From NCBI GenBank assembly GCA_046759445.1, contig JBHICG010000003.1, positions 51,731-115,730 of the forward strand: DNA of 64,000 nucleotides. The letters run 5' to 3'. The position numbers were made by a program, and so were the translations under genes. This DNA is from Candidatus Scalinduaceae bacterium. GTDB lineage: Bacteria; Planctomycetota; Brocadiia; Brocadiales; Scalinduaceae. Shown in pieces: positions 26,668 to 35,231 of the stretch. A model generated the notes under the pieces. It searched no databases, was not told the origin of the DNA, and saw nothing but the letters and a program-made list of their open reading frames with translations. The first letter of the stretch is position 1. Every line of letters begins with the position of its first letter.

Positions 26668-28191
26668 TTAACTTGAAAATAGCTTGTGTGTCTGGTTTAA
26701 AATTATTTCATTACTCCATTTCGGACTGATAAATTCTTTTAGCAATTCTTTTTTCACCCGCTCGAATACTCCAATCCAATCATAGAATTGAGTTTGTCTG
26801 AATAGGCGCATACTTGGATACCACGAGCTATCATCACGGTTTAGCAACCAGCGCCAGTCTGGCGCAGAATGTAATAGATTCCACACAGGTTTTCCAATGG
26901 CTCCAGCCAGATGCGCAACTGCGGTATCTACGGAAATGACCAGTTCCAGATTAGCTATTACGGCTGCTGTATCTGCAAAGTCGTTTAACTCATCTCCCAG
27001 GTTAGTTAGTTTAACCCACTTGGGTGGATCGAGTGTATCTACTGATGCTGGTCCTTTTTGGAGTCCGTAGAAGGACAGGTCTGGAATGTTAAATAATGGA
27101 ACAAAATCAGCCAGTGAACAGGAACGATAACGATCCTTCTTGTGCTTGGGGCTACCTGCCCAGACAATACCAATCTTAAAATCATTATTGTGATCAAGTC
27201 GCATGTGCCATTGATCAACGAGCTTGGGATCAACAGTAATGTAAGGTATGTCTGATGGTATGGTGTCTAAGGTAGTGCCGAAAATTCCAGGTAAGCTCAG
27301 CAGAGGGACATGAACGTCGAATTGATTAGTTGTTTCCTTGTCAGGTGTTCGTTCTACAATCTCATCAATACCTGCGCAATTTTCCAATAATTTGGATAGG
27401 CCCCGTTGGCACTCAAATAGCACATATCCACCCTGTGCCTTGACCATAGGTAAGTACCGTACGAAATGAATGGTATCACCAAAACCTTGCTCAGCATGCA
27501 CCAGGATATGCTGACCATTGAGTGGTGAGCCATCCCATTGGGGTTGTTTGAAATTTTTAGGGGCATCATCTTTTGTACAAAGTCTCCATTCATATTCTGG
27601 CCAACCCTCTTCTAACTTTCCAGCCAACAATAATGCAACAGACATATTCATATGGGCATCAGCAAAGTCTGGTTTGTGTTTTATTGCCTGCCTGTAATTT
27701 CCAACTGCCTCGTCAAGCTTACCCTGTTCTTTAAGCACATTACCAAGGTTGTAATACATCTCAGCGTCACCTGGGTTGTGTGAAATTGCATTCCTGTAGC
27801 TATTTACTGCCTCATCAAGCTTGCCCTGTTCTATAAATGCATTACCAAGGTTGTAATATGCATCAGCATAGTCTGGCTTGAGTGTTATTGCTTGATTAAA
27901 ACTTAGCACTGCTTCATCGAGTTTACGTTGTTTTTGAAGAACAGTGCCAAGATTATTGTATGCTACCACATGGTCTGGTTTGAGTTCTATTGCCTTCCTG
28001 AGAAATATGGTGGCAGTTTCAAGATTTCCCTGTTGTAGATTAAGAGTTCCAAGAAGAAAAATTGCGTCAATATTTCCTGGTTGTTTGTCAAGTATCTTTT
28101 GGTAAAGCTGTGCCGCTGCTGCAAGATTTCCCGTTTGGTGACAGTTATGTCCTTCTTGAAGTAAGTCTTCTATATTGGCCATTATAAGCAA
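26668..28191 (-). CDS. TPR repeats + GT9-like domain protein (paralog 2)
   Basis: Same architecture and motifs as 23406-25289; start TTG 28191 or ATG 28182. Confidence 0.88.
   Translation of the reverse strand: MLIMANIEDLLQEGHNCHQTGNLAAAAQLYQKILDKQPGNIDAIFLLGTLNLQQGNLETATIFLRKAIELKPDHVVAYNNLGTVLQKQRKLDEAVLSFNQAITLKPDYADAYYNLGNAFIEQGKLDEAVNSYRNAISHNPGDAEMYYNLGNVLKEQGKLDEAVGNYRQAIKHKPDFADAHMNMSVALLLAGKLEEGWPEYEWRLCTKDDAPKNFKQPQWDGSPLNGQHILVHAEQGFGDTIHFVRYLPMVKAQGGYVLFECQRGLSKLLENCAGIDEIVERTPDKETTNQFDVHVPLLSLPGIFGTTLDTIPSDIPYITVDPKLVDQWHMRLDHNNDFKIGIVWAGSPKHKKDRYRSCSLADFVPLFNIPDLSFYGLQKGPASVDTLDPPKWVKLTNLGDELNDFADTAAVIANLELVISVDTAVAHLAGAIGKPVWNLLHSAPDWRWLLNRDDSSWYPSMRLFRQTQFYDWIGVFERVKKELLKEFISPKWSNEIILNQTHKLFSS
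27170..27559. repeat. 390-bp exact direct repeat, second copy at 28724-29113
   Basis: Base-by-base comparison showed no mismatch over this interval (offset 1554). Confidence 0.9.
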
Positions 28192-28239
28192 ATAAGCTCC
28201 TTAATACTTTTATAAATAAGATATGTGCCTGATTAGAGT

Positions 28240-29736
28240 TTAGGTGTTTTTGATTAAAGCCTCCTGTTTCAGATTTTTTACAGACAACTGAGTGAGCAAT
28301 TCTTTTTTCACCCGCTCGAATACTCCAATCCAATCATTGAATTGCGTTTGTCTAAATAAGCGCATACTTGGATACCACGAGCTATCATCATGGTCCAATA
28401 ACCAACGCCAGTCTGGCGCAGAATGTAATAGATTCCACACAGGTTTTCCGATGGCTCCGGCCAGATGCGCAACTGCAGTATCTACCGAAATGACCAAATC
28501 CAGATTAGCTATTACGGCCGCTGTATCTGCAAAGTCGTTTAACTCATTTTCCAGGTTAGTGAGTTTCATCCCCTTGGGTGGGTCGAATGCCTCTACTAAT
28601 GTTGGTCCTTTTTGGAGTCCGTAAAAGGACAAGCCTGGAATGTTAAATAATGGAACGAAATTAGCCAGTGAGCATGAGCGATAACGGTCCTTCTTGTGCT
28701 TGGGGCTACCTGCCCAGACAATGCCAATCTTAAAATCATTATTGTGATCAAGTCGCATGTGCCATTGATCAACGAGCTTGGGATCAACAGTAATGTAAGG
28801 TATGTCTGATGGTATGGTGTCTAAGGTAGTGCCGAAAATTCCAGGTAAGCTCAGCAGAGGGACATGAACGTCGAATTGATTAGTTGTTTCCTTGTCAGGT
28901 GTTCGTTCTACAATCTCATCAATACCTGCGCAATTTTCCAATAATTTGGATAGGCCCCGTTGGCACTCAAATAGCACATATCCACCCTGTGCCTTGACCA
29001 TAGGTAAGTACCGTACGAAATGAATGGTATCACCAAAACCTTGCTCAGCATGCACCAGGATATGCTGACCATTGAGTGGTGAGCCATCCCATTGGGGTTG
29101 TTTGAAATTTTTAAGGGCATCATCTTTTGTACAAAGTCTCCATTCGTATTCTGGCCAACCCTCTTCTAACTTTCCCGCCAACAATAATGCAACAGACATA
29201 TTCATATGGGCATCAGCAAAGTCTGGTTTATGTGCTATTGCACGACGACAACTTTCCACTGCTTTATCAAGTTTACCTTGTTCCAGAAAGGCAGAACCCA
29301 GGTTGCTGTATGCAAGCACATAATCTGGTTTAAGCGCTATTGCTTGAGTATAGCATTCCACTGCCTCATCGAGTTTACCCTGTTTTTTAAGCGCTGTGCC
29401 AAGATTGTTATGCGCATCTGGATAATCTGGTTTAAGCGCTATTGCATGACGACAGCATTCCATTGCCTCATCGAGTTTATCCTGTTCTTTAAGCGCAGTA
29501 CCAAGATTACTGTATGCCATCGCATAATCTGGTTTTAGTGTGAGTGTTTTCTTAAAATATATAGTAGCAGTTTCCGGGTTTCCTTTTTGTAGATTCAAGG
29601 TTCCCATGAGAAAGATTACGTCGACATGATCTCGCTGCACGTCAAGTATCTTTTGGTAAAGCCTTTCTGCTGCCATGAGGTTTCCACTCTTATGAAGGCT
29701 AAGTGCATTTTGGAGTAAATTTTTAGTGTTTACCAT
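28240..29736 (-). CDS. TPR repeats + GT9-like domain protein (paralog 3), first gene of the island
   Basis: Same architecture; catalytic part nearly identical to paralog 2. Confidence 0.88.
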   Translation of the reverse strand: MVNTKNLLQNALSLHKSGNLMAAERLYQKILDVQRDHVDVIFLMGTLNLQKGNPETATIYFKKTLTLKPDYAMAYSNLGTALKEQDKLDEAMECCRHAIALKPDYPDAHNNLGTALKKQGKLDEAVECYTQAIALKPDYVLAYSNLGSAFLEQGKLDKAVESCRRAIAHKPDFADAHMNMSVALLLAGKLEEGWPEYEWRLCTKDDALKNFKQPQWDGSPLNGQHILVHAEQGFGDTIHFVRYLPMVKAQGGYVLFECQRGLSKLLENCAGIDEIVERTPDKETTNQFDVHVPLLSLPGIFGTTLDTIPSDIPYITVDPKLVDQWHMRLDHNNDFKIGIVWAGSPKHKKDRYRSCSLANFVPLFNIPGLSFYGLQKGPTLVEAFDPPKGMKLTNLENELNDFADTAAVIANLDLVISVDTAVAHLAGAIGKPVWNLLHSAPDWRWLLDHDDSSWYPSMRLFRQTQFNDWIGVFERVKKELLTQLSVKNLKQEALIKNT

Positions 29737-29750
29737 ATCAATGTTATTAT

Positions 29751-29767
29751 TGCTAAACCCATGCCAA
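29751..29767 (-). promoter_or_regulatory. sigma54 promoter for the glycosylation island
   Basis: Minus strand TTGGCAT-GGGTT-TAGCA, 14 nt upstream of ATG 29736. Confidence 0.65.
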
Positions 29768-30007
29768 AAAATTTTTTCATAAAAAATTTCTATTATATAT
29801 AAAATTGTTTATAACTGATTGTAAGGTATAGACTTATTTGTGTCAGCCAAAGTAAGGTGCTTTAGTGAAGATTTTCTTTGCTTATTGTTTTCATTAATAT
29901 ATGTATAATTTTTCACCATCTTTGGGTAAAATTTTCCGAATCCTTGAGGTCTTTTTGTAATACTACAATCTCTTAAGCAACTAAGGCATTTGTGCAAGTT
30001 AAAAATA

Positions 30008-30035
30008 TTGACATTTGTTTGCTCATAGTTAGAAT
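30008..30035 (+). promoter_or_regulatory. Candidate sigma70 promoter
   Basis: TTGACA-N16-TAGAAT upstream of GGGAG SD and ATG 30067. Confidence 0.55.
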
Positions 30036-30066
30036 GATAAAATAAAGCTACGGGAGCTAATTTATT

Positions 30067-30681
30067 ATGATAATACTGAATAAAACCTTAAGAGAAAATT
30101 TTTTTATAATTACTGGTCTTCTGATTGCGTTATGTAATGGTTGCCAGTTTGAAGATAGGAAAGAATTTGTTGGTTCAGAAGTTAAGATGCAAAAAACCAA
30201 AGAAGAGACTGCAGGGCCTAAAGTTGAGTTGCAAAAAACTAAAAATGCTGTTACTCCAAGTCAGGGAGCAGGATATTTAAAAGGTGGTTCAACTGTGAGT
30301 CTTGGCTTATTACATGGAGATGAAGAGCTAAAGATATTGGAAAAGGTTAAAAAATTAGAAAGAGAATTAAGTGCAGAAAGAGAAAGGCAAAAAGCCCTTA
30401 ACCAAGAACTGGCTGAGGTAAGAGAAGCTAAAGGGAAATTAGAGAAAGAATTTACTGATACCAGGGAGAAACTGGAAGAGATCAACAGAAATTTGTCAGA
30501 AGAGATTAAGGTCTTAAAGTCTCAAATAAAAGATTTGGAGGAAAAAACTTCAACTGCTCAACAGCAATCAAGACAGTTAAAGAAGCAGGTTTTAGAGGCG
30601 CAAATGGCGGAAACAAAAGCTAAACAAAAGTTATTCAAATTAAAAATTGAGCAGTTGGAGAAAAAACGAGGAGAGCAATAA
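30067..30681 (+). CDS. Putative lipoprotein with long coiled coil
   Basis: Hydrophobic N-terminus ending LIALCNGC; E/K/L-rich heptad C-terminal half. Confidence 0.7.
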   Translation: MIILNKTLRENFFIITGLLIALCNGCQFEDRKEFVGSEVKMQKTKEETAGPKVELQKTKNAVTPSQGAGYLKGGSTVSLGLLHGDEELKILEKVKKLERELSAERERQKALNQELAEVREAKGKLEKEFTDTREKLEEINRNLSEEIKVLKSQIKDLEEKTSTAQQQSRQLKKQVLEAQMAETKAKQKLFKLKIEQLEKKRGEQ

Positions 30682-30693
30682 TAGTGCCTTAAT

Positions 30694-30749
30694 AAAAATA
30701 TTTTGACCAATCCCTGTTCAAAACATACAGGGACAAGTTTTAGCAAAAA
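30694..30749. repeat. 56-bp element, inverted copy at 42167-42222
   Basis: One mismatch between copies; internal TCCCTGT/ACAGGGA stem. Confidence 0.85.
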
Positions 30750-30867
30750 TTTCAATTTACAATTTAGGAATTCAGGAATTTAGGGATTCACAAGTTATTC
30801 AATTATTCAATTCCTTAATATTTATAATTCCGACTTGTTCAGGTTAGGCTTTATGCGGATTGTCGAT

Positions 30868-31500
30868 ATGAAAAATATATTAACCAAAACAATAATATTA
30901 ATTTTTTTTACTGCAATTGTTTTTGAAGGTTGTGTCTCATTATCTCAAAAAAAATTTGAATCTATAAGTTTTTATAAATCCAATGAATACAACAATACCA
31001 GAGTGCAGAGAGTTTTGCTAACACCATTTACTTATGAAACTAGCAGAGAGAAGGTAATAAAAGAAGTCACAGAAGCCTTTTTTGTTGTATTACAAAAGAG
31101 TGTGAAATTTGAGACAGTTTTACCTCGTGCGTTTCGAGATATCACATTGCAACAAAATGATCTCTGGGACAAAGGGATTGTTAAAGCCGAAACAATAATT
31201 GAAGCTAAAAAGATATTTAAAGTAGATGCAATTATTTTTGGCACAATCACCCAATATAATCCTTACGAACCACAAGTTCTTGGTGTAAAAGTTAGTATGT
31301 TTTCCACCACTTCTGGAAGAGTTATATGGAGTTCAGACGCCATTTTTGATAGTAGTGAGTCATCAGTTGTACAACTTGTAAAAAATTATTATAAAGATAA
31401 TTTTCAAAAAAAGCAGTCACTTTTTGATTGGAAGATGATATTGTTGTCTACGAAACGCTATGCACAATTTGTTGCTCATAATATCATTGCTACTTTATAA
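30868..31500 (+). CDS. Putative lipoprotein, TolB-N/CsgG/FlgO/LpoB-like alpha-beta fold
   Basis: Signal ending VFEGC; RVLLTPF, VDAIIFGTITQY, SGRVIWS pattern. ORF track starts at 30835. Confidence 0.65.
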   Translation: MKNILTKTIILIFFTAIVFEGCVSLSQKKFESISFYKSNEYNNTRVQRVLLTPFTYETSREKVIKEVTEAFFVVLQKSVKFETVLPRAFRDITLQQNDLWDKGIVKAETIIEAKKIFKVDAIIFGTITQYNPYEPQVLGVKVSMFSTTSGRVIWSSDAIFDSSESSVVQLVKNYYKDNFQKKQSLFDWKMILLSTKRYAQFVAHNIIATL

Positions 31501-31702
31501 TATTAAATGCATTTAAAAATCACCAAATTAATACCAACATTGTCCGTCAAAGCCTTGTATCATTCTCATTAAGAAATTGACACCTTAAAAGATTTCACAT
31601 TCTCACTTATATTCATCATCTTCTAAAACACCCTATCTTTATCTAAAGCATTTCACAAAAGATATTTTTGTATTAACCATCCATATTATTTATTATTTAA
31701 CA

Positions 31703-32025
31703 CGAAAATGGATTCCCGATCGGGGTCGTCGTGTGATTCTGCCTGTCCTTCGGACAGGTCGAGAATCATCTAAGCAATTCCGCTGTTGCGGAATTGCCAA
31801 TGACAAACTTGTAACGTTCTAACTTGTTTCCAGAATTCAACTTATCTGTCATTCCCGAGGAATGCCTACTTGGGAAGCAGACAGGGAATCTGATCCTGAC
31901 TTTCGTCAGGACATGCTTTCATCCTTCGTGGTGCCACTTAGTGGCATGAATGTTTGATCAGAAAATAAACTCCTGAACGTTCAGAAAGAGAAGAAATACT
32001 CCCCGCTTAAGGCAATTCAGAGAAT
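31703..32025. repeat. Repeat mosaic upstream of fliK
   Basis: Copy of 13706-13807 element, TGTCATTCCCG-type REP at ~31847-31890, inverted copy of 609-674. Confidence 0.75.
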
Positions 32026-32267
32026 TGCCAGAAATCCAATTTTTTAATTCGATTTTCATAATTCGTGACGACCAGAGTGTTATGAGTGTTTATACAGGAA
32101 ATTTTTTCCATGTAGTATGTAAAAAGTATTTATTGATTTCTTAATGAGTGGAGAAACTAATGTATAATATCTAACTCAACAAAATTGTTAGTATCATAAC
32201 TGCTTGAAACAAATAGGTTAATAAGAACATTTGCAAAAAAATTAATTTGCCTATCTTAAATTTGTTT

Positions 32268-32284
32268 TTGGCACAGAGATCGCT
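32268..32284 (+). promoter_or_regulatory. sigma54 promoter for fliK-flgD-flgE
   Basis: TTGGCAC-AGAGA-TCGCT. Confidence 0.72.
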
Positions 32285-32327
32285 TAAGACAGAAGTCGTA
32301 AAGTTTATACCGGTGTAAAAACCTAAA

Positions 32328-32460
32328 TAGTATTTGTTGCAGAAAGCTTAAATACTCAAAAATGTCATTCTGAACTTGTTTCAGAATCTATATATATAAG
32401 ACGTTAAAGACCCTGAAACGAGTTCAGGGTGACAATATAGTATTTCCACAACAGATACTA
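32328..32460. mobile_element. MITE-like element, 133 bp (family E)
   Basis: Imperfect TIRs TAGTATTTGTTGCAGAAA / TTTCCACAACAGATACTA; shorter copy at 43124-43197. Confidence 0.7.
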
Positions 32461-32478
32461 AATAATCGTTTATATAAA

Positions 32479-34671
32479 ATGTCTGAGCACGCCTTAAACT
32501 TACTATTTGGAAATGTTACTGCAAAAGAATCTTCTTTTGCAGTGTCATCAAAAAAAACTGAAAATTCCTCACAGGCTAATGTGGGCGAAGAAAGCTTTCT
32601 TACAAAGTTAGCACATTCAGTTGAAAGTATATCCACATCAAACAAGCAGATCCTTCCCTCTATTACACTGGGATCGACTATGTTAAACCTGAATGAACTT
32701 AACGACAAAATAGAAATGACTCAAAAAGATATTCTACCTAACATTGAGGGTCTAGAACAATTATTGCGGGGACTTAATCACAATATAAACAATAGTATCA
32801 ACCATGTACCTGATAGTGATATGACGTCAATGACAACCCAATTACATACATTATTAAATGATGAGGCAATATCACTCACAAAGGACGTAAATTCCAATAT
32901 AAATCCTATGCTTAAGCAAAACTCAGTACAAGAAAAAACTGAGAGTAACAATCCTCCTCACGTACCTAACATTTATAAATTACTGGATACAATAACATCA
33001 ATCAATAATATTATTAATAATGTTAAGTCTGGTGTATCGACAAACAAGGCTAATACATTACTGAATAATTTCTTTTTAAACAATGAAAGCGCTGGTACTG
33101 TTAAAGATTTGAACATTAACCTTAATACCAACGCTAAAGCTACAAACACAGCCGGTCTTGTTACAATTGTTGAAAAAACAGATCAAAATGCATCTTTTCA
33201 ATCATCCAGGGTGATTTTAAATACACAAACCCCGGAAACTGACGTTTTATTAGATACTAAAGAAGGTCACAATAATAGGACACACGTACAGCCGTCATCA
33301 CATTATACCAACAGCACTTCACCCGTAAAACTCAACACAAATCCATCACTTCGGCAAAGCTCAGTACAAGCAAAGGCAGAAGGCCAAGGGCTTAATGTCG
33401 TCAGAACACTAAATGCTATGATTACGGGTAAGGGTGTTGTTATTAATGATGCTAAAACTCATAAACTCGTAAACAAGACAAGCATATCACAATATACCAA
33501 TAACACTTCACCCGTTAATCTCAACACAAATCCATCACTTCGGCAAGGCTCAGTACAAGCAAAGGCAAAAGGCCAGGAACCTCTCAACGAACTGAATGTT
33601 TCTAAATTACAGGATAATATAATCTCAGGGAATAGCAATAGAATCAATAACGTAAATCTACCAGCCAAAATGGCTCTTTCAGGTGGGGGTAGTGAATCGG
33701 CAATTCAGGCAAATACATCATTAGACAATTCTTTTATAAGCAATCAAAGCACTGGTAAAGTTAAAGATTCAAACGTGAATCTCACTGATACTAATATTAC
33801 TAACACTACAAGCAAACCTAACCTTGATACAATATTTGAAAAAACAAATCAAAATACTTCTTTTCAATCATCCAGGGGGGTTTTAAACACACAGGATTTT
33901 AGCAAAACTTCATCCGCAAATTCCAATACAAGTCCATTACTTCAACAGACTTTAGTACAAGCTAAAGTGGAAAACAATGTGCCTCCTCAAGAACTGAATG
34001 TTTCTAAATCTCAGGATACTAAGACCTCAGTCAATAATAGTACTAGCAATATTAAATTGGACGAATCTGCAACCCAGACTAATACATCACCGGGTAATTC
34101 TTTCGTAAACCCAGAAACCTCAGATTCGTCTAAAGAATTAAATATAAACTTTGCGAATATCAAACAGGGTATAGAATCAAAGGTAAATTATGCCAGTGAT
34201 TTCAGACACATAAATATATCACAACCTCTTGAAAAACTAGGTGAGAATATAGCAGACAACATTATTCAAAGGGCAAAACTGTTTATGCAAGGGGATAAAT
34301 CTGAAATAAGGATTCAGCTTAATCCGCCTGAACTGGGAAATCTCAAACTTGACTTTAAGATTATAGATGACCATTTAGAAGCAAAAATTGTTGTAGAAAG
34401 GTCAATAGTAAGGGACATTATTGAAAAGGACATTCCAAAGTTAAGGGAGCTTATTTCTAATTCTGATATTGATGTCGGTAAGCTGGATGTCTCTCTTCAA
34501 GGGAAAGAAGAAGAAAAATTGAGTTTTACGAACAAAGGTTTTCAATCAGATCCAGGGAGTCATGAGTCTCAAGATCTCATGAATCAAGAAAAAGAGAATT
34601 TAGAAGATGAGGTGGATGAAGAGTTAGCTATGAGTTTATCAAATTCAAACGAAATTAATTATCTTGTATGA
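32479..34671 (+). CDS. fliK: Flagellar hook-length control protein FliK (730 aa)
   Basis: Low-complexity N/S/T-rich N-terminal region, C-terminal IRIQLNPPELGNL motif, immediately upstream of flgD. Confidence 0.9.
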   Translation: MSEHALNLLFGNVTAKESSFAVSSKKTENSSQANVGEESFLTKLAHSVESISTSNKQILPSITLGSTMLNLNELNDKIEMTQKDILPNIEGLEQLLRGLNHNINNSINHVPDSDMTSMTTQLHTLLNDEAISLTKDVNSNINPMLKQNSVQEKTESNNPPHVPNIYKLLDTITSINNIINNVKSGVSTNKANTLLNNFFLNNESAGTVKDLNINLNTNAKATNTAGLVTIVEKTDQNASFQSSRVILNTQTPETDVLLDTKEGHNNRTHVQPSSHYTNSTSPVKLNTNPSLRQSSVQAKAEGQGLNVVRTLNAMITGKGVVINDAKTHKLVNKTSISQYTNNTSPVNLNTNPSLRQGSVQAKAKGQEPLNELNVSKLQDNIISGNSNRINNVNLPAKMALSGGGSESAIQANTSLDNSFISNQSTGKVKDSNVNLTDTNITNTTSKPNLDTIFEKTNQNTSFQSSRGVLNTQDFSKTSSANSNTSPLLQQTLVQAKVENNVPPQELNVSKSQDTKTSVNNSTSNIKLDESATQTNTSPGNSFVNPETSDSSKELNINFANIKQGIESKVNYASDFRHINISQPLEKLGENIADNIIQRAKLFMQGDKSEIRIQLNPPELGNLKLDFKIIDDHLEAKIVVERSIVRDIIEKDIPKLRELISNSDIDVGKLDVSLQGKEEEKLSFTNKGFQSDPGSHESQDLMNQEKENLEDEVDEELAMSLSNSNEINYLV

Positions 34672-34687
34672 GAAAGTGAGGTGAAAA

Positions 34688-35086
34688 ATGAACATTTCTG
34701 GTGTTAGCAATCCTTCCGTTGCCAATATTAGTAATTCTGGCGCTTCCAAAGAAGATTTTCTGCGCCTATTTGTAACACAATTAAAAAACCAAACCCCTTT
34801 AGACCCTCTTAAAGGGCATGAGTTTATTGCTCAGTTGGCACAATTTAGTTCGCTTGAACAACTTACTAACCTTAATACTTCATTTTCAGAAACATTTAAA
34901 TTACAACAACTAATAGGAGGAGGTGGTTTAATTGGAAAAGAGGCAAAATTTATAGGTGTATCTGGAGGGGCTTCACAGGGAGTAATCACAGGAGTTAAAA
35001 CGGGTAACGGCACAATATCAGTTATAATACAAAACGAAGAAATTCCACTATCTAATATAACTGAAATATTCAATAGTAAGTTATAA
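34688..35086 (+). CDS. flgD: Hook capping protein FlgD
   Basis: KEDFLRLFVTQLKNQTPLDP..EFIAQLAQFSSLEQ. Confidence 0.96.
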   Translation: MNISGVSNPSVANISNSGASKEDFLRLFVTQLKNQTPLDPLKGHEFIAQLAQFSSLEQLTNLNTSFSETFKLQQLIGGGGLIGKEAKFIGVSGGASQGVITGVKTGNGTISVIIQNEEIPLSNITEIFNSKL

Positions 35087-35094
35087 CCAATTAC

Positions 35095-35186
35095 AATTCC
35101 CCCCTTTGCTGAAGGGGTGAAATCCCCTTAATCCCCCCCCACTTCTTGCTTTCGCAAGAAAGCAGTGGGGGGAAATAGGGGGATTT
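35095..35186. repeat. Nested REP-like palindromes between flgD and flgE
   Basis: AATCCCC...GGGGATTT frame containing ACTTCTTGCTTTCGCAAGAAAGCAGT. Confidence 0.8.
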
Positions 35187-35231
35187 GGCATTAAATTATT
35201 AAACCATCTTTAAAAGGAAAGGGGTAAAAAA

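Noticed and set aside
11534..29113. Diversity-generating retroelement (Avd-like four-helix bundle plus a long near-identical repeat pair)
   Set aside because: No reverse transcriptase in the window; both repeat copies lie in intact paralogous genes, the core is identical, and I saw no adenine-specific mismatch pattern.
29809..29997. 62-aa ORF upstream of the island
   Set aside because: TTG start, lies across the predicted enhancer region of a divergent promoter spacer, no recognisable features.
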